Source of the DNA: Methanobacteriota archaeon
GTDB lineage: Archaea > Thermoplasmatota > Thermoplasmata > RBG-16-68-12
Direction of reading: 5' to 3'
DNA: 64,000 bases
Assembly (NCBI GenBank): GCA_005878635.1
Contig: VBLS01000110.1
Coordinates: forward strand, 506-64,505
Part shown: piece after piece, positions 38,204-47,502 of the stretch
Position numbering within the stretch: position 1 is the first letter of the stretch
Layout of the letters: each line of letters opens with the position of its first letter
The notes under the pieces: model-generated
Databases searched by the model: none
What the model saw: the letters and a program-made list of their open reading frames with translations, nothing else
Told to the model about the DNA's origin: nothing
Program-made: the position numbers and the translations under genes

Positions 38204-39130
38204 ATGGGTCTCCTCGACGATCTCTCGAAACGGGAGTCGAAGCCCGAATCCAAGCCCGAGCCCCCAATGGCGGGCCACGCCGGCGTCCGCCTCGACCTGC
38301 AGGAGGAGAAGGTCAGCCTCACCGCCGGACAGGCGAAGGAATTCACGATGGCGGTGACGAACACCGGGACGGAGGACGACACGATCCGGCTCAAGATCGA
38401 TCTCGTCTACCATTCCGAACTGCCCGATCCTCCGGAGTGGACCGTGAAGCTCTACGGGGTCGAGGACAAGGTCTGGGACGTGACCTTCACGAAAGTCACC
38501 GAGAAGGAGTTCATGCTCATCGCGGACGGCCAGCGCGAGATTACGCTCTCGGTCACCTGCCCGAAAGGCGCCCGGTACGGGGACCGCCTGAACGTCGTGG
38601 TGAACGCGATTTCCAAGGGAGATCCGGGAGCGTTCGACGCGAAGACGCTGAGCTTCAGCGCCCGCCAGGCGATCCTCGCGGTGAAGTCGTCCATCGGGCA
38701 TGAGCGGGCGGTCGCCGATGCGATCTACGCGCGGGCGAGGGCCAAGGACGTCGGGGTCTTCTCGATCCTTGTGCCCGCGAACTTCCGCGGGTACGTGTAC
38801 GTGGAGAGCATGAATCCGGACCGGCTCGAGGAGATCGTCCGAGGCCTCCGCCGGGCCCGCGGCGTCGTCAAGGGAGAGGGCGAGTCGACGGGCATTTCCT
38901 TCTCCGAGATCGAGGCCTACTTGACGCCGAAGCCAATCGTCAGCGGGATCATGGAAGGCGACATCGTCGAACTCGTCGCCGGGCCATTCAAGGGCGAGAA
39001 GGCCCGGGTGATGAAGATTGACGAGACGAAAGAAGAGATCACCGTCGAGCTCTTCGAGGCCATGGTCCGGATTCCGGTGACGGTGCGCGGCGACAGCGTC
39101 CGCGTCCTCCAGAAAGAGGAAGAGAAGTAG
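38204..39130 (+). CDS. spt5: Transcription elongation factor Spt5 (NGN + KOW) with an in-frame N-terminal extension of about 150 aa
   Basis: The C-terminal 150 aa align with archaeal Spt5. The NGN region is ILAVKSSIGHE...GVFSILVPANFRGYVYVE and the KOW region is GDIVELVAGPFKGEKARV. The upstream 150 aa are in frame with no stop and look like a beta-rich globular domain. Confidence 0.8.
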   Translation: MGLLDDLSKRESKPESKPEPPMAGHAGVRLDLQEEKVSLTAGQAKEFTMAVTNTGTEDDTIRLKIDLVYHSELPDPPEWTVKLYGVEDKVWDVTFTKVTEKEFMLIADGQREITLSVTCPKGARYGDRLNVVVNAISKGDPGAFDAKTLSFSARQAILAVKSSIGHERAVADAIYARARAKDVGVFSILVPANFRGYVYVESMNPDRLEEIVRGLRRARGVVKGEGESTGISFSEIEAYLTPKPIVSGIMEGDIVELVAGPFKGEKARVMKIDETKEEITVELFEAMVRIPVTVRGDSVRVLQKEEEK

Positions 39131-39239
39131 GCCGCAGGTCGGAGCCTCCGCTCGGTCCATCGGGCCAGGTGCCATCGGTCAGTGTCCGAAACGTTTATGC
39201 CGGAACGCTCACTGCGACACGCCCGGAGGCCGGTCCATC

Positions 39240-39716
39240 GTGGAGAAACTCCAGGTCCTCGTCGATGGCGGCAAGGCGACGCCCGGTCCGCCCCTCGGAC
39301 CCGCGCTCGGTCCGCTCGGCGTGAACATCGTCGAGATCCTCAAGGCGATCAACGAGAAAACGAAATCGTTCGACGGGATGAAGGTCCCCGTCACCCTGCT
39401 CGTCGACCCGAAGACGAAGACCTTCTCCATCGAGGTCGGGACGCCGCCGACATCCGCCTTGATCACGAAGGAACTGAAGATCGAGAAGGGATCGGGAGAC
39501 CCCGGCAAGACTCGGGTCGGCAACTTGTCCCTTCCGCAGGCGATCCGGATCGCGAACATGAAGGCGGACGCGACGCTGGCGAAGACCCTGAAGGCCCGGG
39601 TCCTCGAGGTCGTGGGGACCTGCGTCTCGATGGGCGTGACGGTGGAAGGAAAACTCGCGAAGGACCTGTCGAAGGATATCCAAAGCGGAAAGTTCGACAA
39701 GCAACTCGCGGGCTGA
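39240..39716 (+). CDS. rpl11: 50S ribosomal protein L11
   Basis: GGKATPGPPLGPALGPLGVN signature. Confidence 0.9.
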   Translation: MEKLQVLVDGGKATPGPPLGPALGPLGVNIVEILKAINEKTKSFDGMKVPVTLLVDPKTKTFSIEVGTPPTSALITKELKIEKGSGDPGKTRVGNLSLPQAIRIANMKADATLAKTLKARVLEVVGTCVSMGVTVEGKLAKDLSKDIQSGKFDKQLAG

Positions 39717-39756
39717 GTCCGGAGAGCCGTCGCCTTGTAAGTCCGTCGACCTCGAT

Positions 39757-40593
39757 TCACGATCGAGGCAGGACCCGTTTCCCCTTCGGCTCCGCGAGAT
39801 CGAGAAGCATCGCCTCCAGTTGGACGCGGACGAAGTCCATGTCCCCGACCCAGAGACCCTGGAGTTTGTCCGAGACGAATTGCCCGTCTCGGTAGAAGGA
39901 GTTCAGGATGAACACCTCGTGGTCGCTCGGGAACACGTAGGTGTGCGCGAGTCGGGTCTTGGAAAGCGGGCGAGCCGGAAAACGGAATTGGACGCGCACA
40001 TTCCGGCTGAGGAGGCTCCCGAACTCCGCCAGGTCCGCTCGGTTGCTCTCGCTTAACACGACTCGCACGAGCCTACGCGAGCGCCCCAAAGCGTCGAAGA
40101 GCAGCCGAAGGATTTCCGGCGCCACCGGAAACGGGCTGACGCATAGGATCTGGTTGTCGCTCGAGAGGATGACCTCCCGCAGTTTGCGGCCGATCGATTC
40201 CGGTCCTTTGTAGATCCAGAGGTCCGCATCGGCCCCGCGGTTCTTGGGCGGGGGCGTCTCTTTCAGGCTGCCGACGACCTCGGCCGCGGCGAGGAGGTCG
40301 TCATGCCGCGACTGGCGCGCCTCTTCGCTGACGATTCGAGGCGCCCGGGCCCGATACCGATTTGGTCGCTCCTGGGAGACGTCGATCCAGCCCTTCGACT
40401 GGAGGGACTGCAGGACCCGATAGACGGCGGGGTACTGCACGCCGAGGAGCTGGCTGACCTGCTGGGCGGTCGACGGTCCGTGCTGGAGGAGGTGCAGGTA
40501 TGCGTCCGCTTCCTTCCCCGTGAGCCCGAGCGTCTCCAGGGCCCGGACGGAATCCTCCTCCCTCATCGACTGCGTCACCGCGGATTGGTACAA
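39757..40593 (-). CDS. TrmB-family transcriptional regulator
   Basis: N-terminal wHTH (ADAYLHLLQHGPSTAQQVSQLLGVQYPAVYRVLQSLQSKGWI) and a C-terminal TrmB effector-like domain. Confidence 0.7.
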   Translation of the reverse strand: MYQSAVTQSMREEDSVRALETLGLTGKEADAYLHLLQHGPSTAQQVSQLLGVQYPAVYRVLQSLQSKGWIDVSQERPNRYRARAPRIVSEEARQSRHDDLLAAAEVVGSLKETPPPKNRGADADLWIYKGPESIGRKLREVILSSDNQILCVSPFPVAPEILRLLFDALGRSRRLVRVVLSESNRADLAEFGSLLSRNVRVQFRFPARPLSKTRLAHTYVFPSDHEVFILNSFYRDGQFVSDKLQGLWVGDMDFVRVQLEAMLLDLAEPKGKRVLPRS

Positions 40594-40669
40594 AAGGATT
40601 TGCGGGTTATCATTCCCCCGATGATAACTTGCCCAGGTCGCTTGGTTGGATTGCGACGGTTAAAAGACT

Positions 40670-42283
40670 ATGCGACAATCTTCTAATGGCATCCGAACCG
40701 TTTCCGCCTGCGGGGTTGAGGCGGTGGCGACAGGCGACGCGTTCGTACGGAGATCCTCAGGTCTCGTCCGGAACATCAGCGCGCGGGACGCGCTCATTCT
40801 GAATGTCATGTTCATGGCGCCCACGGCCATCTTCGTGTACGGCATCTGGGGCGCGGGTTCGTACCCCGGCATCAACCTCCCGGTGACGGCCCTCCTCGCG
40901 ATTCCGATTAGCCTCGTGGTGGGACTGTTCTACGCCCTGTATTCCGTCGCGATGCCTCGGAGCGGCGGCGACTACATCTGGGTCAGCCGCACGATGCATC
41001 CGACGGTCGGGTTCGCGATCAACTTCTTCCTCTTCATCGGTTTGCTGAGCGTGGCGGGGGCCTATGTGCCATGGTTCACCCAGCTCGCCTTGGCGCCGCT
41101 CCTGTACTACAACGGCTTCCCGGGGCTCGCCACGACCGTTTCAACGAACGAGTTCACTTTCGTCGCGGCGATTTTCGTCTACCTGGCGATGGCCCTGATC
41201 GTCTCCCGCGGGGGGAAGGCGACCGCCCGGGCGCTCGAAGTCCTGTTCGCCCTGGTGTTCATCGGGCTCATCGTGTACGTGGTCACCCTGCTCGGAGTGG
41301 GCCACGATGGCTTCGTCTCCAACTTCAACCGACTGAGTGGAATGAACTATTCCGATTTCGTGACGGTCGGGGTGGGGGCGGGTTACGTCGGCGAGATCAT
41401 CGGCGGGGCCACGGCCCTCGGGCTCGCCTTCACCTACATCAACTTCTTGGGATTCAATGCCACGATCTACGCGGCGGGCGAGATCAAGGATGTCCAGAAG
41501 TCTCAGATGACCGCGATCCTCGGGTCCGTCGTAGTCTTCGGCATCATCACGTTCGTGGCGTACGCGGTCACCGACTTCGTTATGGGCGGCGCGTTCATCC
41601 AGGGGGCTGGCTCGATTTTTGCGGGGACGGGCAGCTCCAGCCTGCCGTACCCGCCGTACATGACGATCTTGTTCCGGTACGCTACGGATAGTGTGTGGGT
41701 CTTCAACATCGTGATGATCGGATGGACGGCGATGGTGTTGGCGGCCATCCTCACCTATGTCGCCATCACGGTCCGTTTCATCTTCGCTTGGTCCTTCGAT
41801 CGGGTGATCCCCGCAGCCTTCTCTCGGCTCGACCGGAAACACAACAGTCCCTATCTAGCCCTCGCCCTCGTGACGGTCGTCGCCATCATCCTCCAGTGGG
41901 CATGGCTCTACACGATCTTCCTGACCTTCTTCCTCTACCTTGTCTTCGGCTGGATGATCATGCAGATCATCGGCGCGATCTCCGCGTTCCTCCTCCCCTC
42001 GCGGCGGAAGGACGTGTGGGACCGGGCGCCCGCGATCGTCCGGGCGAAGATCGGGCCGATCCCCGTCTTGTACCTCCTCGCCATCGCGACCGTTGGGCTC
42101 TCCGTCTGGATCGCCTGGGGGAGCCTCCCGATTTCCCTCGGCCAGTCCCTGAACCTGAGCATATTGGCCTTCACGGTGGGCCTGTTCGTCCTCGGAGGGA
42201 TCATCCACATCGTCTCGTGGCTTTGGCACAACGCCAGAGGCATCCCGCTCAGCTTAGCGTTCAAGGAAATTCCGCCGGAATGA
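40670..42283 (+). CDS. APC-superfamily amino acid/polyamine permease
   Basis: About 12 TM helices and the conserved G-rich helix-1 region (MPRSGGDYIWV). Confidence 0.8.
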   Translation: MRQSSNGIRTVSACGVEAVATGDAFVRRSSGLVRNISARDALILNVMFMAPTAIFVYGIWGAGSYPGINLPVTALLAIPISLVVGLFYALYSVAMPRSGGDYIWVSRTMHPTVGFAINFFLFIGLLSVAGAYVPWFTQLALAPLLYYNGFPGLATTVSTNEFTFVAAIFVYLAMALIVSRGGKATARALEVLFALVFIGLIVYVVTLLGVGHDGFVSNFNRLSGMNYSDFVTVGVGAGYVGEIIGGATALGLAFTYINFLGFNATIYAAGEIKDVQKSQMTAILGSVVVFGIITFVAYAVTDFVMGGAFIQGAGSIFAGTGSSSLPYPPYMTILFRYATDSVWVFNIVMIGWTAMVLAAILTYVAITVRFIFAWSFDRVIPAAFSRLDRKHNSPYLALALVTVVAIILQWAWLYTIFLTFFLYLVFGWMIMQIIGAISAFLLPSRRKDVWDRAPAIVRAKIGPIPVLYLLAIATVGLSVWIAWGSLPISLGQSLNLSILAFTVGLFVLGGIIHIVSWLWHNARGIPLSLAFKEIPPE

Positions 42284-42299
42284 TCGGGAAGGACACTTC

Positions 42300-43259
42300 G
42301 TGCCGAAGCGGCTCCGCATTTTCTTCGCGACGGACATCCACGGCTCCGACGTCTGTTTCCGAAAATTCGTGAATGCGGCGGATTTCTACGGAGCGAAGGT
42401 CCTGATCCTGGGCGGCGACATTACCGGGAAGACGATTACCCCGATCATCCAGACTCCGGAGGGAGGGTGGCGTGTGAAGTTCCTCGGAGAAGTGATCGAG
42501 GTTCGGAACCCGAAGCGTCTTAAGGAGGTCGTCGGCCGGATCGGGGAGGTTGGGTCGTATCCGTTGGTCTTGACCGCCAAGGAGTACGAGGATTTCCAAA
42601 ACGATCCGGCGGGCGTCACAGCGGTCTTCGACCGCCTGATGCACGATTCCGTCGTCCGTTGGGTGCGCCTCGCGGAGGAGCGGCTTCGCGGCAAGGATGT
42701 CGAGATCTTCGTACAGCCTGGGAATGACGATACTTATGCGATTGACGACGCTTTGCGCGGATCCGACGTGGTCGTGAATCCGGATGGGAAAGTCCTTGAG
42801 ATTGCTGGCGGCCATGAGATGCTCAGCCTCGGTCTCGCGAACATGACTCCCTGGCAATGCCCACGCGACGTCCCCGAGGAAGACCTGGAGGCGCGACTCG
42901 CTCGTCTGGGGGACTTGATCAGGCGCCCGGAGCTCGCCATCTACAATGTCCACGCGCCACCCTTCGGGACGGGCCTCGACCTGGCCCCTCGTCTTGACGC
43001 AACCCTCATGCCCAAGTTGGGCCCGGGCGGGCGCCCGGAATTGATCCCCGTTGGAAGCCGCGCCGTCGCCGGCGCGCTCCAGGCGAGGCAGCCTCTCTTA
43101 GGACTCCACGGTCACATCCACGAGTCGAAGGCGTTCGCGAAGGTCGGGACCACGCTCGCGATGAATCCGGGCAGCGAGTATCAGGAGGGCATCCTCCGCG
43201 GATTGCTGCTTGAATTGGACGGGAACCGGGTCCGCGACTATCTGTTCGTCCATGGGTGA
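42300..43259 (+). CDS. Calcineurin-like metallophosphoesterase (cytoplasmic)
   Basis: Motifs DIHG, GGDITGK, QPGNDD and GHIHE. Confidence 0.7.
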   Translation: MPKRLRIFFATDIHGSDVCFRKFVNAADFYGAKVLILGGDITGKTITPIIQTPEGGWRVKFLGEVIEVRNPKRLKEVVGRIGEVGSYPLVLTAKEYEDFQNDPAGVTAVFDRLMHDSVVRWVRLAEERLRGKDVEIFVQPGNDDTYAIDDALRGSDVVVNPDGKVLEIAGGHEMLSLGLANMTPWQCPRDVPEEDLEARLARLGDLIRRPELAIYNVHAPPFGTGLDLAPRLDATLMPKLGPGGRPELIPVGSRAVAGALQARQPLLGLHGHIHESKAFAKVGTTLAMNPGSEYQEGILRGLLLELDGNRVRDYLFVHG

Positions 43260-44111
43260 CTAACGCACGACGGATTCGACGTCGTTCCACCACTGGCGCC
43301 CGGAGAGTCTACGTTCTCCCCTTCGCCACGATCGTGACTTCGGGGCCTTTTCGATCGCCTCCAGGAGAGTAGCAACGTGGCGCGACACCCGTTCGACCTC
43401 CGCGGGTTGGAGGAGTCCCGCCTCTCCGTATCGTCCGGATGCGGATCGGACCGCCTCGAGGTTGGCGGTGCCGTCCTTCCAGAAACCCCAGTCCTCGGCC
43501 AGGGTTTCCGTGATCCGCGCCATTCCGATTCCGCGAGCGGCGTCCCTCGGCGAGGGTTCATTCTCGAGGAGGAGCAACACGACGTCTTTGAGGTCCTTCT
43601 CCGTAATCTGATGGATCTGAATCTTCGATAGCAGGAGGTCCGCAAGCGGCAAGGTCGGCGAATCCTCCTCCAGACAGCCTTGCCCGGGCCGACCGAGATC
43701 GATCGTGTGACTGAACTCCAGGCGGTCGAAGAACACGTCCACATGGTACCCCATCGACGGATGGGCGTACAGCAGGCGGTCCTTGCCGTGGAAAAGCATC
43801 GCCTGCGGATTCGACGTGAGGCCAAACCGATCTTCCAGCAAGGTCCGGACCTTCGCTCTCTCCACACCGTATGCGGCGAAGTCGAGGTCGGAGAAGAGGG
43901 CCCCGGCACCCCCAAGGCGGTTCAAACGCTCCGTCACCTGCCCCCGGTCCCCGCAGCGAAGATGAATCGCGACCGCTCCGAGCAGACGCAGGTGAATGCT
44001 GTGCTGCCGCGCCGCGTCCGTGATTGCCTTGGCCTCTCCCAGAAGCGTCTGGTCCGCGGCGTCCACCTTCGATGGATGGGACGTCTTCGAATGAACGTTG
44101 CGACGACCCAT
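43260..44111 (-). CDS. Hypothetical protein, possible minimal nucleotidyltransferase-fold domain
   Basis: A G-x(n)-SDLDF segment and a later HVDVFFD resemble the Pol-beta NTase hG[GS]...DhD motif. This assignment is weak. ATG taken at 44111. A TTG is at 44123. Confidence 0.35.
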   Translation of the reverse strand: MGRRNVHSKTSHPSKVDAADQTLLGEAKAITDAARQHSIHLRLLGAVAIHLRCGDRGQVTERLNRLGGAGALFSDLDFAAYGVERAKVRTLLEDRFGLTSNPQAMLFHGKDRLLYAHPSMGYHVDVFFDRLEFSHTIDLGRPGQGCLEEDSPTLPLADLLLSKIQIHQITEKDLKDVVLLLLENEPSPRDAARGIGMARITETLAEDWGFWKDGTANLEAVRSASGRYGEAGLLQPAEVERVSRHVATLLEAIEKAPKSRSWRRGERRLSGRQWWNDVESVVR

Positions 44112-44152
44112 AACATAATTCAACCCGATTCCATGGGACTGTGGGGCGGTCG

Positions 44153-45049
44153 ATGAGGCAGATATCGTTCGAGGATGGCATCACGTACGTCTTCGGCCCG
44201 CACCTGGAGCCGGTCGCGACGGTCCGGTCCGGAGAGACGGTCGAGTTCGTCTGCCAAGATTCGTGCGGAGCGCAAATCCGATCGGAGGAGGACACGCTCG
44301 ACCACCTGCAGATGGACCGCGTGAACGGGGCCACCGGGCCCGTGGCAATCGAGGGCACACACCCCGGGGATGCCATTCGGGTCCGGATTCGAGACATCCG
44401 CGTCGCAGCAACCGGATTTCAGTCGATCGTGTCATCCTATGGAGTCCTCGGACAGGAGGTGCGGGGGTCGCGCACCAAGATGATCCCGATTCGGGATGGA
44501 AAGGCCGTTTTTTCCAAAGGCATTCGGCTTCCGATCCGGCCGCACGTCGGCACGATCGGAGTCGCACCCGCATCCCAGGAGTGGACGACGTTCTACCCGG
44601 GCGACCACGGCGGCAACCTGGACACGAAGGAGATCACGAAAGGGAATTCGGTCTACCTGCCGGTGTTTCAACCGGGCGGACAGCTGGCGATGGGCGACCT
44701 CCATGCGCTCATGGCCGACGGGGAGGTTTGCGTCACCGGCATTGAGATCGCGGGGACCGTCCGTGTACAGGCCGATGTCCTGCGGGGATACGGACTGCAT
44801 CGGCCGATTGTCGAAACGCCGGAAGCTTGGTTGACAGTGGCAAGCGCTCCGACCTTGGATGAGGCGGCGAAGCTCGCCACGCACGATGGGGTCGCCTTCC
44901 TCGCCCGCGGTACGGAGCTTCCCTGGGACGAGGCGTACATGCTCGCGAGCATCGCGTGCGACCTCCGGATCAGCCAAGACGTCGACCCGTGGAGGACGGC
45001 GAAACTCGTCATTCCAAAGAAGCTCGTCCCGCGCCTTCCAACGTCCTAA
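44153..45049 (+). CDS. Acetamidase/formamidase (FmdA_AmdA) family amidohydrolase
   Basis: Family-typical N-terminus (GPHLEPVATVRSGETVEF ... NGATGPVAIEGTHPGDA) and GDHGGNLD. Confidence 0.75.
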   Translation: MRQISFEDGITYVFGPHLEPVATVRSGETVEFVCQDSCGAQIRSEEDTLDHLQMDRVNGATGPVAIEGTHPGDAIRVRIRDIRVAATGFQSIVSSYGVLGQEVRGSRTKMIPIRDGKAVFSKGIRLPIRPHVGTIGVAPASQEWTTFYPGDHGGNLDTKEITKGNSVYLPVFQPGGQLAMGDLHALMADGEVCVTGIEIAGTVRVQADVLRGYGLHRPIVETPEAWLTVASAPTLDEAAKLATHDGVAFLARGTELPWDEAYMLASIACDLRISQDVDPWRTAKLVIPKKLVPRLPTS

Positions 45050-45223
45050 GTGGCGCGGAGTAGATCGGCCTCGAAGGGAACGTCCGCGACGAGGCGAGAT
45101 AAACGCAACGCGAACGCGTGGCGACTGGTCGCCTCCAGAAACCTTATTAGGTCCACGCTCTTTCGTCGCCTCCCCTTTGCAGGAGGCTGCATTGGCCGCT
45201 CGTACTGCAGGTGGCGATGTTCC

Positions 45224-45862
45224 GTGGCGGACAAGCATTCGGTCGAGACCGTCAAGAAGCTGCTCGAGGCGGCGAAGCCTCGCCAGTTCAAGGAGTCCGT
45301 GGAACTCGCCGTGAACCTTCGAGACGTCGATCTTTCGGTCCCCAAGAATCGGGTGGACGAGGAAGTCGTCCTGCCGAAGGGACGCGGGAAGCCGATTCGC
45401 ATCTGCGTCTTCGCCTCGGGTGAGTTAGCCCTGAAGGCGAGGAACGTCGCGGACCTCGTGATCCAGCCGCAGGAGATTGAGGAGTACGCGACCAACAAGC
45501 GGAAGGCACGCGGCCTCGCGCAGGCCTGCGACTTCTTCATCGCCGAAGCGCCTCTCATGCCCGTGATCGGGAAGCGCCTCGGCGTCGTCCTGGGGCCGCG
45601 CGGCAAGATGCCCCGGCCGGTCCCGCCTACCGCGGATCCGACGAACCTCATCACCGCGATGCGGAACACGGTCCGCGTGCGGAGCCGCGACAAGCCGACC
45701 CTCCACGCGGCGTTCGGCACGCGGGACATGCCTCTGGAAGACCTCGCCGAAAACCTCGACGCCGTCATGCGACGGCTCGTCGGGAAGCTGGAGCGCGGGC
45801 GGTTCAACATCCGGTCGGCCTACCTGAAGACCACGATGGGCCCGGCGGTGAAGTACCTCTGA
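45224..45862 (+). CDS. rpl1: 50S ribosomal protein L1
   Basis: The GTG start gives MADKHSVETVKK..., which matches archaeal L1 N-termini. Also AVNLRDVDL and the GKP motif. Confidence 0.9.
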   Translation: MADKHSVETVKKLLEAAKPRQFKESVELAVNLRDVDLSVPKNRVDEEVVLPKGRGKPIRICVFASGELALKARNVADLVIQPQEIEEYATNKRKARGLAQACDFFIAEAPLMPVIGKRLGVVLGPRGKMPRPVPPTADPTNLITAMRNTVRVRSRDKPTLHAAFGTRDMPLEDLAENLDAVMRRLVGKLERGRFNIRSAYLKTTMGPAVKYL

Positions 45863-45872
45863 GGTGACGTCG

Positions 45873-46757
45873 ATGGCCCATGTCGCTCCTTACAAGAAGC
45901 AACTCGTCGACGACCTGGCATCCCGCTGCGCCCAAGCGCAGGTCGTTGGGATCGTGAACGTCCATGGGATCCCCGCCCCCCAGTTCCAAGCCATCCGCAA
46001 GAAGCTCTGGGGACGGGCGACGATCACCGTGGCCAAGAACAACCTGCTCCGTCTCGCGCTGGAACAGGCCAATACGAAGAAGCCGGACCTTGTGAAGCTC
46101 GGCGAGACGATCGAAGGCCAGACGGCCGTCGTCACCGCGGACATCAATCCGTTCCGCCTGTTCAAAGAACTCGAGGCGACGAAGACGCGGGCTCCCGCGA
46201 GGGGAGGCGAGGTCGCGCCGGAGGACTTGTGGGTGCGCGCCGGCGAGACGCCGTTCAAGCCCGGTCCGATCGTCGGGGAGCTGCAGAAGGCCGGCATCCC
46301 GGCGGCGATCGAACGGGGCAAGGTGACCATCCGGCAGGACAAGCTCCTGGTGAAGGCGGGGCAGCGAATCCCGCGGGACGTCGCCCAACAGCTCGCCCGG
46401 CTCGAGATTTATCCCCTCGTGGTCGGACTCGATCTTCGAGGCGCCTACGAGGCGGGCACGGTCTTCCGCCGCGATGCCCTCGCGATCGACGACCTGGTGG
46501 TCCGGAGCCAGATCGCCCAAGCGGGCCGTGAGGCCCTCTCCCTCGCACTGGCGGCGGCCTATCCGACGAAGCAGACGATCGGCCCGCTCCTGGCGAAAGC
46601 CCACGCACAGGCGCTGAACCTCGCGGTCGAATCGGAATTCCCCACGAAGGAGACGATCAAGCTCCTCCTGGCAAAGGCCCAGTCTGAGGCGCTCGCCCTG
46701 GCGTCCCGCATCCCCGGCGCGGCCGACGAGAAGCATCCCACGCAATCCGGATCATGA
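45873..46757 (+). CDS. rpl10: 50S ribosomal protein L10 (acidic ribosomal protein P0)
   Basis: MAHVAPYKK N-terminus and the conserved P0 core. GAGGTGA lies just upstream. An alternative GTG is at 45864. Confidence 0.9.
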   Translation: MAHVAPYKKQLVDDLASRCAQAQVVGIVNVHGIPAPQFQAIRKKLWGRATITVAKNNLLRLALEQANTKKPDLVKLGETIEGQTAVVTADINPFRLFKELEATKTRAPARGGEVAPEDLWVRAGETPFKPGPIVGELQKAGIPAAIERGKVTIRQDKLLVKAGQRIPRDVAQQLARLEIYPLVVGLDLRGAYEAGTVFRRDALAIDDLVVRSQIAQAGREALSLALAAAYPTKQTIGPLLAKAHAQALNLAVESEFPTKETIKLLLAKAQSEALALASRIPGAADEKHPTQSGS

Positions 46758-46779
46758 TGATACAAGGAGGTGAACACGA

Positions 46780-47088
46780 ATGGAATACATCTATGGGGCG
46801 TTGGTCCTGCATGCGGCCGGCAAGCCCGTGAGTGAGGACAACCTGAAGAAGGTCCTTACGGCGGCCGGCGTGAAGGTCGACGAGACCCGCGTGAAGGCCC
46901 TGACCGCCGCGCTGGAAGGCGTGAACATCGACGAGGCCCTGAAGGCCGCCGTCGCGATGCCCGCCGCCGCGCCCGCGGCACCGCCCCCCGCCGAGAAGAA
47001 GGAAGAGAAGAAGAAAGAGGAGAAGAAGGAAGAAGAGAAGGTCTCCGAGGAAGAGGCGGCTGCAGGGCTCGGCGCGCTCTTCGGTTGA
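46780..47088 (+). CDS. rpl12: 50S ribosomal protein L12 (P1 stalk protein)
   Basis: [12 protein letters not shown]-terminus, an Ala/Pro hinge, a KKEEKK-rich tail and the terminal GLGALFG. Confidence 0.9.
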   Translation: MEYIYGALVLHAAGKPVSEDNLKKVLTAAGVKVDETRVKALTAALEGVNIDEALKAAVAMPAAAPAAPPPAEKKEEKKKEEKKEEEKVSEEEAAAGLGALFG

Positions 47089-47143
47089 ACCGAATCGCTC
47101 CGGCCTCTTCCCGGCGACGTCGAGCGTCAGCGAGAGCGAGTCG

Positions 47144-47464
47144 TCATGCCTCGCCCTTCTTCGCAGCAGCTTGCGCCCTCTTCCCTCGCTCCTTCGCCGT
47201 GAAGCCGGTCGCCTTCTCGAGGAAGGTGTTGAAAGCCTTGATCGTATCCGTCGCGACGTGGTCGGGGGCGCCGGATTTCATGGTTGTGTCCACGAACAAC
47301 TTCTTTCCGTCGGTCCAGGCGACCATCCGCTCAATCGCGCCGAACGTGACGATGATCCGGTTCCCCTCCGTCCCGGCGCCCGCGAAGATCTCCGCGGCGA
47401 TCACCCGGAGCCCGTCCCCTTCCAGGGCCTTGGCGGCTCCCCGTTTCAGCTCGTATTCGCGCAT
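47144..47464 (-). CDS. Hypothetical small protein with Lys-rich C-terminal tail
   Basis: 106-aa ORF (MREYELKRGAAKALEGD...). It is co-directional with the downstream radical SAM gene, 39 nt away. The longer tracked ORF overlaps the radical SAM gene and was trimmed. Confidence 0.4.
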   Translation of the reverse strand: MREYELKRGAAKALEGDGLRVIAAEIFAGAGTEGNRIIVTFGAIERMVAWTDGKKLFVDTTMKSGAPDHVATDTIKAFNTFLEKATGFTAKERGKRAQAAAKKGEA

Positions 47465-47502
47465 CGCATCCGTTTTCGGGAACTTCGCGGGTCCTAAGAA
47501 CG

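Noticed and set aside
46920-47060. Short tandem repeats (GCCGCC..., GAAGAAGA...) that might suggest a repeat element or CRISPR.
   Set aside because: This is the Ala/Pro hinge and KKEEKK tail of ribosomal protein L12. No regularly spaced direct repeats with unique spacers occur anywhere in the window. The same holds for the PE-rich coding repeats at 49400-49800.
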